Shown here in pieces: positions 38,118-50,138 of a DNA stretch of 64,000 nt (position 1 is the stretch's first letter; each line of letters opens with the position of its first letter). Under the pieces are notes generated by a model, which saw only the letters and a program-made list of their open reading frames with translations, was not told the DNA's origin and ran no database searches. This DNA comes from Sarea resinae (lineage: Eukaryota). The stretch spans positions 62,001 to 126,000 of the forward strand of contig JAPEUD010000018.1 in assembly GCA_026026165.1 (NCBI GenBank), given 5' to 3'. A program made the position numbers and the translations under genes.

Positions 38118-39888
38118 TCATATACCTCCCTTATCCCTACTCCGGCCCGCACCGCCGATATTGCTCGCATGCGCAAGCAGGAATTTGCAGCACGTGAGCG
38201 TGTACTTGCACGCGCGGGTCCAGGCCTCGTCCTGGTTCAGGCCCAGCCGGATGCTAGCGTCGCCGATGCGATCTTTCTTGATCTCGTAGGGGAGTTTAAG
38301 ACCGGTGGCGGTGCCGTGGCCATGGCCAGGAGACGGAGACGGGGAGGGGGATGCTCTGCGGTGGTTTGGGTTTTGTTTACGGGTGGGTGTCGAGGAACGC
38401 GGTGTCGAGGACGTTTGTGCAGGAGGAGAGAAAGGGGCGTGCTCGACGAAATCACCGAGTTGCCGTAAGCATTCCAGAAAAGCTACCATGGCGTTGTCGA
38501 AGCGGCGGTGTAGGAACATACGGCCGAGTGGGAGGTCGCCGGAAGAGTAGAGCTCGAGACTAGTGATCTTGACCGGCGTTTTGTCGGCCGGATGGTGATG
38601 CGGAGGTTGTTGCGCAGTGTTTGCGGTATTACTGTTGGTGGTGGTGGCAGGGCGGGTGGGAGAAGACGTGGCGGCAGCATTGGAGGTCGACGTCGGATAC
38701 TCGACGCGCTCGATGCGAGATGTAGAACCCATCGGTCGGAGCCTGTAGCCCTCGAACGCGAAACCGAGCTTCTCGGCCACGCTGGCAAGTAAGAGCAGCG
38801 TCTGCCCCCATGCAGCATTGATTTCGGCCCACTCGACGGCGGGATTGGCGAGTCGGCCCAGCCGGAGCCCGTTGATGGTGCCGAAGAAGCCGTCGTGTCC
38901 GATGCAAAAGGTGTCGTTGTAGACGTTCGTCCGTTGCAGACGCTCGAGCTGTCTTGCGTCGTGGTCGTAGGCCAAGTTGACGCCGTCACGTTCGTTCTGG
39001 AATTCGGATAGCGTGAGCGCAAAGGCGTTGCGTTCGCGCCAGAAGACCTCTTCTTCGCTATCGAGTTGGTCGGCTTCGCGCTCGAGATCGGCGATCTCGG
39101 CGTCCACGGCAGCCTTTTGGCGCTCGACTTGTTGAAGTTCGGCGAAGGCGGCTTTCTCGGCCTCGCGCGCCGACTGGAGGTCGGTCTGGGCTTTGTGGAG
39201 TTCGGACGAGGTGGGAAGTTCGGCGTTTACTTTTCTGAGAAAGTCGACGTAGGCGTCGCGTTCGCGTGTGGTGTTGCCTAGGCGTTTCTGGAGGCCATCG
39301 ATGAGCAGTTCCGTGCATTCGACACAGATTGGGTAGTCGATGTCTGAACGGGACGAGAGGACTTCGAACAGGCGGGCTGTGGTTTCCATCTGGTGGGATA
39401 GTGAGCGTTTCTCGCCATCCTCCGTACCGTAGTCTGCGCTGTCTCTTCTCCGGCCATTTATTCCAGGCCGAGCTGATCCTTCATGTGCTCTGTGATTTGA
39501 AGGGGGTGGCACCACTTGAGACTCCGTGAGCATCACAAACGACATGGCTGGGTTATCTCTCGCAAGCCCTTTTGACGAGTCCGGAGCAGCGATGTAACCT
39601 CCTGGAGCAGGCCTCGGTCCTGGAACGACCCGTTTGAAGATGGGGGATTGTGCATGCTGGGCGGCTTGGTCGTATAGATCTTTACGGCCTTGAGGGTAGG
39701 GTCTTCGTGATGGACTGTAGGGATGCTGTTGCAACGAGGTTCCGGTTGAGCCTGCTACTGTCAGCGCGATTGTCTGAGAAGGGGTGAGCTGGCAGAGATA
39801 TACCAACGAGCAGGTCGAAGGCCGCTGGATTCAGGTCCTCGAGGGAGCCGTCGACCTTGAGAGGAGTCCGGCATTTCTGGCAATACAT
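38118..39888 (-). CDS. ATG6: Autophagy protein Atg6/Vps30/Beclin-1, 1 intron near the 5' end
   Basis: MYCQKCRTPLKVDGSLEDLNPAAFDLL, SFVMLTESQ, SDIDYPICVECTELL, coiled coil, TNVYNDTFCIGHDGFFGTINGLRLGRL, EWAEINAAWGQ, WTRACKYTLTCCKFLLAH. Confidence 0.96.
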
Positions 39889-40431
39889 GTTGGAGTGGAG
39901 CTCTGCAACAGCAGGTCATCGATGCATGTTCAGGCCGTGGTGAAGTGGTGAAGTCGTGAGACGGCGGGGTTGGGGTTGAGGTTGAGGTTGAGGTGTAGAT
40001 GAAGCTTTGAGAAGCTGGAGGCCCTCCAGGCTGCTTGCTATCGGGTCGGCGATAAAGCAGGCGAGCTGTTGTCATCGACTCTACCTATGGGTGGCGTACT
40101 CCTCTGTACTTCTTCGCCTAACGACCCTGGCGGAGGTACTTGCCGGTACTTGATTCCCGTCACATCGCGTCTTTCGCCGGCGCGTTGTGTTTAGAGAGCT
40201 ACAGCCACAGAGAGCTACTACCAGCCTCGAAATACTTCCTGAACGGCAAGACATGTCAAGTATTCCTGCTTCTTGCTTCACGCTTCATGCTTTATGCTTC
40301 AACCTGTTCTCCAATGCCCAGCCCTCATTGAGCAGAGATACTGGCTTGTGGGCTGGAACTACTCACTGTGAAGCATTTGTATGGCGCATCTCAGTACTCA
40401 TTCGCCCTAGACTCTGAGCAGCGGCGCCGAC

Positions 40432-43400
40432 ATGGAGCCACCGTTCAAACGCCTACGAACGCATGATCCAGATGATTTCGACAATTTCGAGGTCCTGGAG
40501 AGGGCTCGGGCTAATAATGATCAACGGCTGAAGTCACGCTTCGAGTCAATCTTCGAAAAGTATCAATATGACTTCAGCGAAGTTGGCGACGAGATAGACC
40601 TTGAGACCGGAGAGATCGTTGTCGACAACGGTCATCTGCGCGGGCTGTTGGGAGGGGAGAGCGCTGATGTTGGAAGCGCCTCCGGATTTCTGAAAGCTAT
40701 CTCGGTTCCCCCGGGACAAGAACACGGCTTTGCTAATGACGACGAGGACAGCGACGAGGACAACGGCGAGGACGACGACTTTGATGCTTCGGACGACGAG
40801 CCTGGCGGAGACCCATACCAAAACGAGGGAGTGTCAGATGACGTTGACGACGAGAATGAGGAGGATATGGAGGATGGGCAGGAAGTTGATGAAAGTGGAG
40901 ATGGTGTTGAGGCAGTAGAGAATCAAAGCGCGGCGAATGAAGTAGGGGGAGAAGGAAGGCGAATAGCTCACCCCGATCCCAATGATCAGGCAACAATCTT
41001 GGACAGTATCGAAGAAGGTGTTTCTGCACATTCCGACACAAGAGCAAGCTCGGAGGGAAAATATTCGTCTTTAGATGATTCGGAGAACTCCCGATTGCCG
41101 TCGGAGGCAGAGATAATACGGCAATTCGGCCCCGAAATTGGAGCAAAGGTTGCTCAATATGTTGCAAATCTCTCCAGAGAAGATGACCTTGGTGTCGACT
41201 CGTTATGGAAGGCGCCTCCACTGACTGGTCCGCTTCCCGCTGCAGTCTTTCCCAAAATGACTCGAGAGAAAATGCGATCAGCGCCAGCCGAACGAGATGA
41301 AATCTGGAGCTCTCGGCCATCTGGACGGCCAAAAAAGAGATCGAGGGTGGATCCATCTCATTTAGAGCTTATACTGGGCCGCCACTTCAAGGAGCCACAA
41401 GATACAGATAGAGTTTACGATATAGCAGCTGCAACTGCTGAGACAAACAACACTCCTAGATCAGTGAGATCGCTGATGAACGGGGAGGGCAACTTTGAGG
41501 GGCTTTCGCCAAGAAATATGGACCGCCGTCAAGGTGTGGCCATCGAATCCGATTCTGCTCTTCATCATACTGGATCGTCTGCTGTTTGCCAACGGAGATC
41601 TTCCCCCGACAAAGCGGCCGTTCTTCATCAAACAACCGAGACTGGTCGGCCATACGAAAGCACTGTTCTGCCTCTCTCTCAAGCGGAAAGCTCCCCTCTC
41701 TCCTATGCTTCTCCCCTGAGTCAGGAGGCATCCTTCAACCGAAAGGCACTCCAGAGGTTCAATTCAGAGGACGATCGGCTAATCGTTCAACTTCGTGAAC
41801 AAAAGATGACGTGGAGGGATATTGCCGCACGTTTACAGCGTTTGCCGCCAGCTGTCCATGCTCGCTACAGGAGACTCATGGCAAGAAAGAATGAAGAACG
41901 ATCTCGGTCAGGCTTCAAAGGTAGTGACCGCGTCAGCCCAATTAGTCAAGGTACAGATAGTGCGAATTCGGTTGGCCAAGGCAAGGACAGGGTCAATCCC
42001 ACAAGCAAAGACAGATTTCCTGCCAATTCAGCCGGCCAAGGCAAGGACAGAGTCAAATCGACCAGCAAAGACAAAGATCCTGCCATTTCAGCTGGCCGAG
42101 GCCAGGACATAGTCGATTCCACAAGCAAAAGCCAGGATCATGCCGATCTACTTGGCCAAGATGAGGGCAGACTTACTATCAAAGACAATTGCCCTGCCAT
42201 TCCAGTTGGCCCAAATAAGGACAGACTTAACTCCACAAGCAAAGACAAATTCCCTGCTAATGCAGCTGCCCAAGGCAAGGAGAGAATTGATTCAACAAGC
42301 AAAAATCAGGATCCTGCCAATCCAATTGGCCAAGATGAGGACAAACTTAATTCCACAAGCAAAGGCAAATGCCTTGCAAGGTCTGTTAGCCATACCCCTG
42401 ATCAAGATACGGGGTCAATACACAACTCTTCCGCGCTCAATGAATCACCAGCTGCACCGGATAGAAGCCAGGTATCGAGCCGCCCTACACGGCGACCCTT
42501 TACCCGCGAGGAAGACGAACAGATTCGTGAACTTAGAGATGTCCAAGGGTTGCGCTGGTCCGACATCGCCAGACACATGTCTGGCTTTTCAACAAAAGCT
42601 CTCTATACTCGTCATAGACTCCTGGTCTCAATGGAACGAAAGTCGCTCTTGTCAAAGTCGGAAAACGATTCGCCGAGACAGATTAACCCACCAGCGGCCA
42701 AATCCACTGCGGTAGACGACATAGGTAGATCTCGTAAAAAACGGCCGCGTTACCAAAGTTTCTCAAAAGAGGACGATGAATTCATCATCGACCTCAAAGA
42801 AAACAAAGGCCTGTCATGGGCCAAGATTGGTCAACATTTCCCACGCAGATCTCCTGGGTCTATCCAGGCTCGATACGCGGTTTACCTCAAAAGTCAGCCT
42901 CGCCAACCCAACACTCCATATTCAATCAATGAAGATCGGCTGCTTCTGCAGCTCAAAAGTTTGGGCATGATCTGGGAAGACATGGTGAAATATTTCCCAC
43001 GCAGGAATGCGCGCTCTTTGCACGTGCGATGGTATAAGCACTTGGCCAGAGATGGTATCGAGCTAGAGAAGAGTAACTTGGTGAGTGCTGTTTGCTTCAG
43101 TGTAGTTTCATGCTGTCGCATCTCAGCTAATGGCTGCGACAGCTTTTGACTTCATCTTCTCCGAAAAAAAGGGGAGCCTCCGATTCGGCTGGACCGCCAG
43201 CCCAAGGGCGAACACTTACCGGCAGTATCAACCAAAAGACACATTCCCTCATAACCAATGCCGCCAATGTCTCTGGCCTGCCAGCTAATGAGAGCACTCC
43301 TATCACCAATGAAACGACGCAAAACTTAGCATCACAGATACCAGAGCCCACTCCTAGCGATGCCCGTCTGCAAGGCTTCACTACTCTAAGCCCTGCACAC

Positions 43401-44390
43401 TCTTCAGTTGAAACATCAGAAAAAGCAGCTACAAACCTCCCTGATCCGCTATCTTCGAAAAATAGCCATCACTCCTCTCCTCCCGCTCGAAAACTACCAT
43501 CAGCGCTCAAGTTCCAATCTCAAACTCCCGCCCAGATTATTCCTGACTCCCAAGATAGTCCAAGCGAAAACGAAGACTACTCATCGCAAAACCCCCAAGA
43601 CAGCCTTTCGGACGACGAAGACATTCTCCAAACACCGACAAAAGAGCATATCAGCTCAGCTCCGAAATACTTTCTCTCTCCCGTGGCGCAGAAACCGAGC
43701 CCCTACCGTTCACAATCCCGTCATCTTACCCCGGCACAGCCCTTCAAATCGAGCCCGCTCCGGCCGTCTCATCGTCCCAGGCCTGCTCCCGTCACTAGGA
43801 GACAATCCTACCACTCGAGTCCTCTCCGGCCGCATCTGCCATCGCCGGCAATCTCGCACCAGAGAGCAAAGGCACCATCTTCTTCTCAGTCAAGTCCGCT
43901 CTTGCCAGGACAACCCCAAGCATTGGAAAATGGTCAGATTCCTAAATCTATGCCACAACGGGTAAAGTCACCAGTAAATCGCATCCCTATATTATCCAAC
44001 ACTCCCACCTTATCATTCCAACCCTCTCAGCCTTCTGAAACCCCTCCGCTCTCTCGAACGATCCCACAACCGGTAGCCTCCCAAACAGCTCCACAATCAC
44101 GCCCGCAAGTCATTGATCTCACCACCTCGTCTCCGCCTCCTCATCCAGGAGATGCTCCCAAAGTTCCACACGCGCGCGCTCGGTCGCCGCTCCGGCCTCC
44201 ATCTTGGTCTCAGGAGAGGGAGAGGTTGCAGCCGAGGCAGTCGTCGAAGTCAATGGAGGGAGATGAGAGCGAGACGAGTAACGAATTAGAGAGGGAGAGG
44301 GACATGTCAAAGTCGAGGTCTTCATCGCCCATAGATCTACTGATGCCGGACTACTATTTTCCCTCGGAAGAGCAACAGGGCGGAAATTAG
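40432..44390 (+). CDS. SCM3: Scm3 (CENP-A/Cse4 chaperone) domain protein with AT-hook-like motif and four Myb/SANT-like repeats, 1 intron (43081-43142)
   Basis: N-terminal RLKSRFESIFEKYQYDFSEVGDEIDLETGEIVVDNGHL is the Scm3 signature. SGRPKKR motif. Four 'F/Y..EDD..I..L....WxDI...R..' Myb units at ~41752, 42493, 42754 and 42913. The intron joins the two long ORFs in frame. Confidence 0.85.
41926..42399 (+). repeat. Eight degenerate 60-bp (20-aa) coding tandem repeats within SCM3
   Basis: DRVSPISQGTDSANSVGQGK / DRVNPTSKDRFPANSAGQGK / DRVKSTSKDKDPAISAGRGQ / ... / DKLNSTSKGKCLARSVSHTP. Confidence 0.9.
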
Positions 44391-44679
44391 GATCGGAAGC
44401 GGGAATCGAGGATGAATTGGCTACATAGTATTCTTTGGCAGGCAGTGTGGTAGCATGTTTTTAGGTGGATGCATTTGTTTTAGTGAAGGGAGAGGGGAGA
44501 TCTGTGAGGAGGGAGCAGGAAAGGTCTGTTCTGGCAGACGAGATGTGGGCTATGGGTTATGCCATCAGGCGGGAAAACCATGTGGACGGCAGCTTACTCC
44601 CCAGAAAGGTATAACTACTTATGAGCAAGACTCTCAACCTGTAGATAAGAAGGATCCTATATACTCCAGTTGTATTTGT

Positions 44680-46182
44680 CTATTTATTCGCGCTCCTGTT
44701 CCCGATCGTTTGCTGCCCAGCGGACAAAACGTCTTTCAGTTGTGTATCGGCTTTTCCGCCGATGTTGCCGGCTTTCGCCCAGAATTTTGAGAGATGTCTC
44801 GTCCCGGAGTCGCAGAGAATGGTGACGATTCTATGCCCGGGCCCCAGCTGGAGCGCAGTCTGTACAGCAGCAACACAGTTCACGGCGCTGCTGCTGCCAA
44901 CAAAGATGCCATCTTTTTCGACCAGCCATCGTGCCATGGCCATGGCCTGATCATCGTTGACCCGCACGGCATCGTCCACAAGCTCCCTGCCGGCCTCGAA
45001 ATTTTGCGTCACTCGATTGATGCCGACGCCCTCGACGATCGTGTCGACCTGGTGCCTGCGCCTCGTGCCCTCTCTCTCCTTGGGGTCAAACATGACGCCG
45101 TACTTGACACGGTTGAAGAGGCCACTCCCCTGCGGGTCGGCGAGTATGACCTTCATGTCTGGGATCCGGGGTTTCAGGAACAGGGCCACGCCGGAGATGG
45201 TGCCGCCGGTACCGGCTCCTGCGATGAAAGCGTCGAGGCGGCCGCCCGTTTGGCGGTAGATCTCGGGTCCCGTGCCCGTGAAGTGCGCGCGCCAGTTTGC
45301 TTCGGTCTCGAACTGGTCGGCGAAGAAGCCGCGGCCGGGGCGAGTGGGGTCGGCCGTCTGCGAGGCGGCCCCGCTGCGCGCGCGGTTGACGAACTGGTTC
45401 TGGTCGACGATGGGCGCGGGTCGGACGCGCTCGACTTCTGCGCCGAGCTTGAGGAGCAGGTCCGATTTCTCGACGGCTTGGTCGTCGGGCATGCATCTGG
45501 GAGAGTTCAGCGGAAACGGTCCTGGGGGGGTTGGCGGGGAGTCATGGACGGGCGGACGTACATGTGTGCTAGATAGCCGCGTGCTCTGCAGAGCGTCGCC
45601 AGCGATATCCCTGTGGATCCGACTGTGCCCTCGTAGATCATATCGCCTGAGAAGGGCGTCAGGAGGCCTTCCTCTTCGGCCTGGTATCATGACACTTTAG
45701 AATTTGTGATGCGAGCGGCTCGTGTGGGTGGGATATACCGTCTGAATGATGCTTAGGGCTACTCTATCCTTCGGACTGCCTCCAGCGCCATTGAGAAACT
45801 GCGTGAAGCAAAGAATGAGTCAAGTCCGAGCTCCTGGTCTCTTGAGATCACTTACCTCAGCCTTTGCCAGTATCTCGCATCCCGTCGCCTCGGATAGCGA
45901 CTTGATCTTGAATAGAGGGGTGTTGCCAATGCATGCTTCGATGCCCTCTGGTATGTTCTGTCCCTCAATGGCGGTGGACTGCCTACGGGTGTCATCCTGC
46001 AAGGAAATCCTCTCTCCGGCGTCTGGTTTGGGCTCGGCGACGGGGACGGGAAGATTCGCGGTGGGGTTCCGGCGTTGGCGGAATCGGCGCTGGAGATCTG
46101 GATAGAGGTCTTTGAAGCCGAGAGTCAGCAGGATGCCGGCTGCAAAGGCGGCGCCGACGAAGAGACGGGATCGGGTGTCCAT
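44680..46182 (-). CDS. Cysteine synthase-like PLP enzyme (cysteine synthase 2 / yeast MCY1-type) with N-terminal TM anchor, 3 introns
   Basis: AAFAAGILLTLGFKDLYP, CIGNTPLFKIKSLSEATGCEILAKAE|FLNGAGGSPKDRVAL, FFADQFE, GTGPEI, AGAGTGGTISG, IFVGSSSAVN, VTILCDSGTRHLSKFW. Confidence 0.92.
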
Positions 46183-46288
46183 TATCTGGTGTGCATCTAG
46201 GTGTTGGACATTGCTACCGTAATTCCATCATAGATGATGAAGACTGAAGCTTGAAGGTGGAAGCTTGAAGAAGCTTGGCTGTGTATCT

Positions 46289-46298
46289 CTAACCCTAA
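46289..46298 (+). promoter_or_regulatory. Telomere-like CTAACCCTAA (telobox / Tbf1-type site) in a compact bidirectional promoter
   Basis: Exact CTAACCCTAA midway between two divergent ATGs only ~215 bp apart. Confidence 0.4.
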
Positions 46299-46396
46299 TG
46301 AGATCTTCAAGCCCGGGCGTTCCTCCATCGCTTCCCCAGCTCATGATCATCATCACCATCACCACCACCACCACCGCCACCACCACCACCAACACC

Positions 46397-48165
46397 ATGG
46401 ATTCCCCGATCGTCACCCATCTCTTCCGCCAGCTGTTCAAGCATCGACCTTGTCCCTCGATACGCTCACATTCGTCATTGCCCATTCGAATAGCGAGTCT
46501 TGCCAGCAGAACGCAACAGCGTCGTGCCCTTTCCAATGGAGCAGATGCAACAGACGACACCAGCCGTCGTGAGAGCAATTGGCAGCAGCGAACCGACATC
46601 TTCCCGCTGGACAAGTCGGACGAGTTCAAGAAATACCCAATGGTTACGGCGGATCAATTGCGCTCGCGCAAGGAGAGACCGAGGCGTGTCAAGATGCTCA
46701 TGAGAGACTTTATAGACGGCATGCCCCCTCTTCCCCCCCCCTTCTCTACTCAAGTTCTCTACTGACCCATCCTTATAGACAGTCTCTACAACCCCAACTA
46801 TGGCTATTTCTCCAAACAGGTCGTCATCTTCAGTCCCGGTGAACCCTTCGACTTTAACGCGATGCGCGACGAACCCGAATTCCACCGTCTCCTTGGCGAA
46901 CGCTACACGGCCTTTGAAGACGCCCTGGACGCCAAATCGCCCAATGTAGCTCGCCAGCTCTGGCATACGCCGACGGAGCTCTTCCGACCTTATTACGGCG
47001 AAGCCATCGCCCGATATCTCGTCGCCAACTACCGCCTCTCCCTCTACCCCTACCACGACCTGATCATCTACGAGATGGGCGCGGGCAACGGCACGCTGAT
47101 GCTCAACGTGCTGGACTACATCCGCGACTTCGACCCGTCCGTGTACGCGCGCACACAATACAAGATCATCGAGATCTCGTCCTCGCTGGCGGCGCTGCAG
47201 CAATCGCATCTGATGGCGTCGGCGTCGGCGCGCGGCCACGCCTCCAAAGTCAGCATCATCAACCGCTCCATCTTCGCCTGGAACACGTACGTGGCGTCGC
47301 CGTGCTTCTTCTTAGCGCTGGAGGTCTTCGACAACTTCGCCCACGATGCCATCCGCTACGACCCCTTCACCGAGGAGCCGCTGCAGGGTACGGTGCTCAT
47401 CGACGCCCAGGGCGAATTCTACGAGTTCTACACGCCGCAGCTGGACCCGCTGGCCAGTCGGTTCCTGCGCGTGCGTGACGCCGCCTGTGCCACGCCATAC
47501 CCGCACCCTCTGCGGACGCCGAAGCTCCTCCGCCAACTCCGCTCCCGCCTCCCTTTCGCTCCCAATCTCACCGATCCCGAATATATCCCCACTCGTCTCA
47601 TGGAGTTCTTCGATGTCTTGCATAAGCACTTCCCTGCGCACCGGCTGCTGACCAGCGATTTCCACTCGCTCCCAGATACGATCAAGGGGATCAATGCGCC
47701 CGTGGTTCAGACGCGCTATCAGCGGCGGACCGTACCTGTCTCTACGCCTCTGGTGAGTTCAAGCCCCTCTCTCCCCCTTTTTTCACTTTTTCCTTCTTTA
47801 CCCTTTCTCCACCTCCTCTTTGCACTCTTTCTCTTCCCCTGCCCACCCTTCCCTCCCTTCTCCCTTTTCCGAGCTTCCTTCCTACTTCCCCTCACCACCA
47901 CCACCACCACCACCACCACCACCACCACCACCGCTCTCTAACACCACCCCCCCAGGTCCTCCAAGGCCACTTCGACATCCTCTTCCCCACCGACTTCAGC
48001 GTGACCGAGTCCATCTACCGCGCCATCACGGGCAAACTAACGCGCGTGCTCTCGCACGAAGAGTTCCTGCAGCGCTGGGCCTTTGTCGAGGATACCACGA
48101 CGCGCAGCGGTGAGAACCCGCTGCTGGGCTGGTATGCGAACGCTAGTGTCTTGTGTACGGTTTAG
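46397..48165 (+). CDS. Mitochondrial SAM-dependent methyltransferase, MidA/NDUFAF7 (DUF185) family, 2 introns
   Basis: Presequence-like N-terminus; KMLMRDFID|DSLYNPNYGYF; LWHTPTELFRPYYGEAIARY; IYEMGAGNGTL; ALEVFDNFAHD; last exon GHFDILFPTDF...GENPLLGWYANASVLCTV* (TAG 48163-48165). Confidence 0.92.
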
Positions 48166-48179
48166 GGGGCGATGTGTGT

Positions 48180-49120
48180 GTTTGGTTGTTGGGCAGCAGT
48201 GGAGGAGAGGAAGGAAGGCGGAGGGAGGGAAGAAGGGAGGAAGGGGAGAATACCAAGAGGGGAAAAAAGGAAAAGAAAGAAACAAGAAAGGAAGAGGATC
48301 TAAGAGGATCACAGAACAGAGCAGAGCAGCGTCGAGCGAAAAAGAGGAGGGGAAAGGAAGCAGAGGAAATCAAACAGACGGGGGAGAGACCAACCGTCCT
48401 ACTTACTTACGGGCCTTTTATTTTTTCTATCCTTTCTATCCGTCCAGCTTCGGGCCGGACTTGTGTATGAACTATCTACCCACCTACCTGCCATACTTAC
48501 CTACCTACTTACCTCCCTATCAACCTACCTACTCTATCAACCTACCCACTCATCAAACTACCCACCTATCCTACATCCCCTCAAAACAAAGTCCAATCCC
48601 ATACATATCTACATATTTACATATCCACGCACCCTCATAGACCTTCCATACTCGTACAAACAGAAAGCAATTTTTCAGCTTTACAACAGCTACGGCTCCT
48701 GCTCCAGCTCCTGCTCCTGCTCCAGCTCCTGCTCCTGCTCCAGCTCCTGTCAGACTATGTAGTACAGTACAGTACAGTACAGTACAGTAAACTGCAATAC
48801 AATACAAAAATCTGCTCTCCCATCCATCCATCTATCCATCCATCATCACCACCATCGTCGTTCGTTCGGTCGTTCGTTCGTTCATTCATTTGCGAAAAGG
48901 CGTGTTGCATGATTATATATATAGGATTTGACATTTTGTTCCTTGGGTGGATGTACTCCCGGACCTGCCTACTCATTGATTCATTCATTTACCTATCTGT
49001 CTATTCAACCACCTAGCCATCTTTTCCTTGTCGTTCTCTCTCTCTCTCTTCCTACTCTACCCCCCTGCCCCATACTGGACTTGCTCTAGTTTGCTTGTCC
49101 ACACACACACACACCACCGT
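48180..49120. repeat. Microsatellite cluster downstream of the MidA-like gene (convergent with TFIIS)
   Basis: Purine tract, (TACC)n, (GCTCCT/A)n 48695-48749, (CAGTA)n 48759-48789, (CCAT)n, (CGTT)n, (CT)n, (CA)n. Confidence 0.9.
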
Positions 49121-50138
49121 ACCAGATATCAGATACGGTCTACTATCGTGCTTGCAGTGTATTACTTTATTTTTTTTTTCACTTTGCTTGACTTTTCTCT
49201 ATGATACAACGGTTTCTGCAAAAACGAGCCAGCAGCCAACAGGACAGGAAGAAGAGAGAAAGACACAGAGAGGAAAGAAAATGCTAGCACTTCGCATCCA
49301 TCATTCCGTCGAGAAACCCATTCCATCTGACAGCATGTGTGTGTCAATAGCTCTCAAGTCTCGCCACGCCCACGAACAAGCGACCAGTATGAGAATGAGT
49401 CGTCAGAGCCCCCGATTTCTCGCCCGCCGCCACCACCATGAACATCCCCGCTGGTCAGTTGATCAATCTAATATTCCTTCCCCGCCATACCTCTCCATAC
49501 CTCTCCACTTCACTTCAACCCGCTCCATTCGTCTCCATTCTTCGTACCCCTCCCGCCAAAGCTGGCCATTTGTCCGCTGCCTCCGCCACCACGTTTTCCG
49601 GTTGTAAGTAGATAGCTCATAGAATGGGGAAAGGGAAAAAAAGGTAAGAGGTGTATGATGAGCATGATGACAGGAACAGGAAGTAGGGTACCCGAGACCG
49701 AGACCGAGAACCGAGATAAAGGGAAGGATGAAGGAGGGCCGATGTCGATAGATACGGCGCCATCTCTTGTGTTCTAGTTCTATCTCATCCCATCTCAATT
49801 TATCCCGTTATGTTGATTCCGTTTTCGTGAGCGTGATTGTCGACCGTCCCACGAATGAAAATGAGAAAGCAAGATAGAGGAAATGTACATCGGCTGAGAA
49901 TCGTAGGAGCAAAGAGTACAGTGTAAAGGGCATAGGGCAAGGGGTAAAGGGCAAAGGGCATGGGGCAAAGGGGGGCTTCTGCCTGCCTGCTTGAAGTAGG
50001 GCGAGAGCCATGTTGATGATGATTTGATTTAGAGCGCCACTCCACACTCCAAGGGCCAGCCAGGGAGATCAAGAAAATGACAGAGCTGAGCCGAGTCGAG
50101 CCCAGCAAACAGCAAGACAGGCACAGACAGAAGAGTGT

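Noticed and set aside
44794..45576. 260-aa plus-strand ORF (and 254-aa minus ORF 46475-47239)
   Set aside because: Antisense shadows of GC3-rich cysteine synthase-like and MidA-like exons.
46289..46298. CTAACCCTAA as telomerase RNA template
   Set aside because: Only ~215 bp between flanking genes, far too short for a filamentous-fungal TER; kept only as a possible promoter site.
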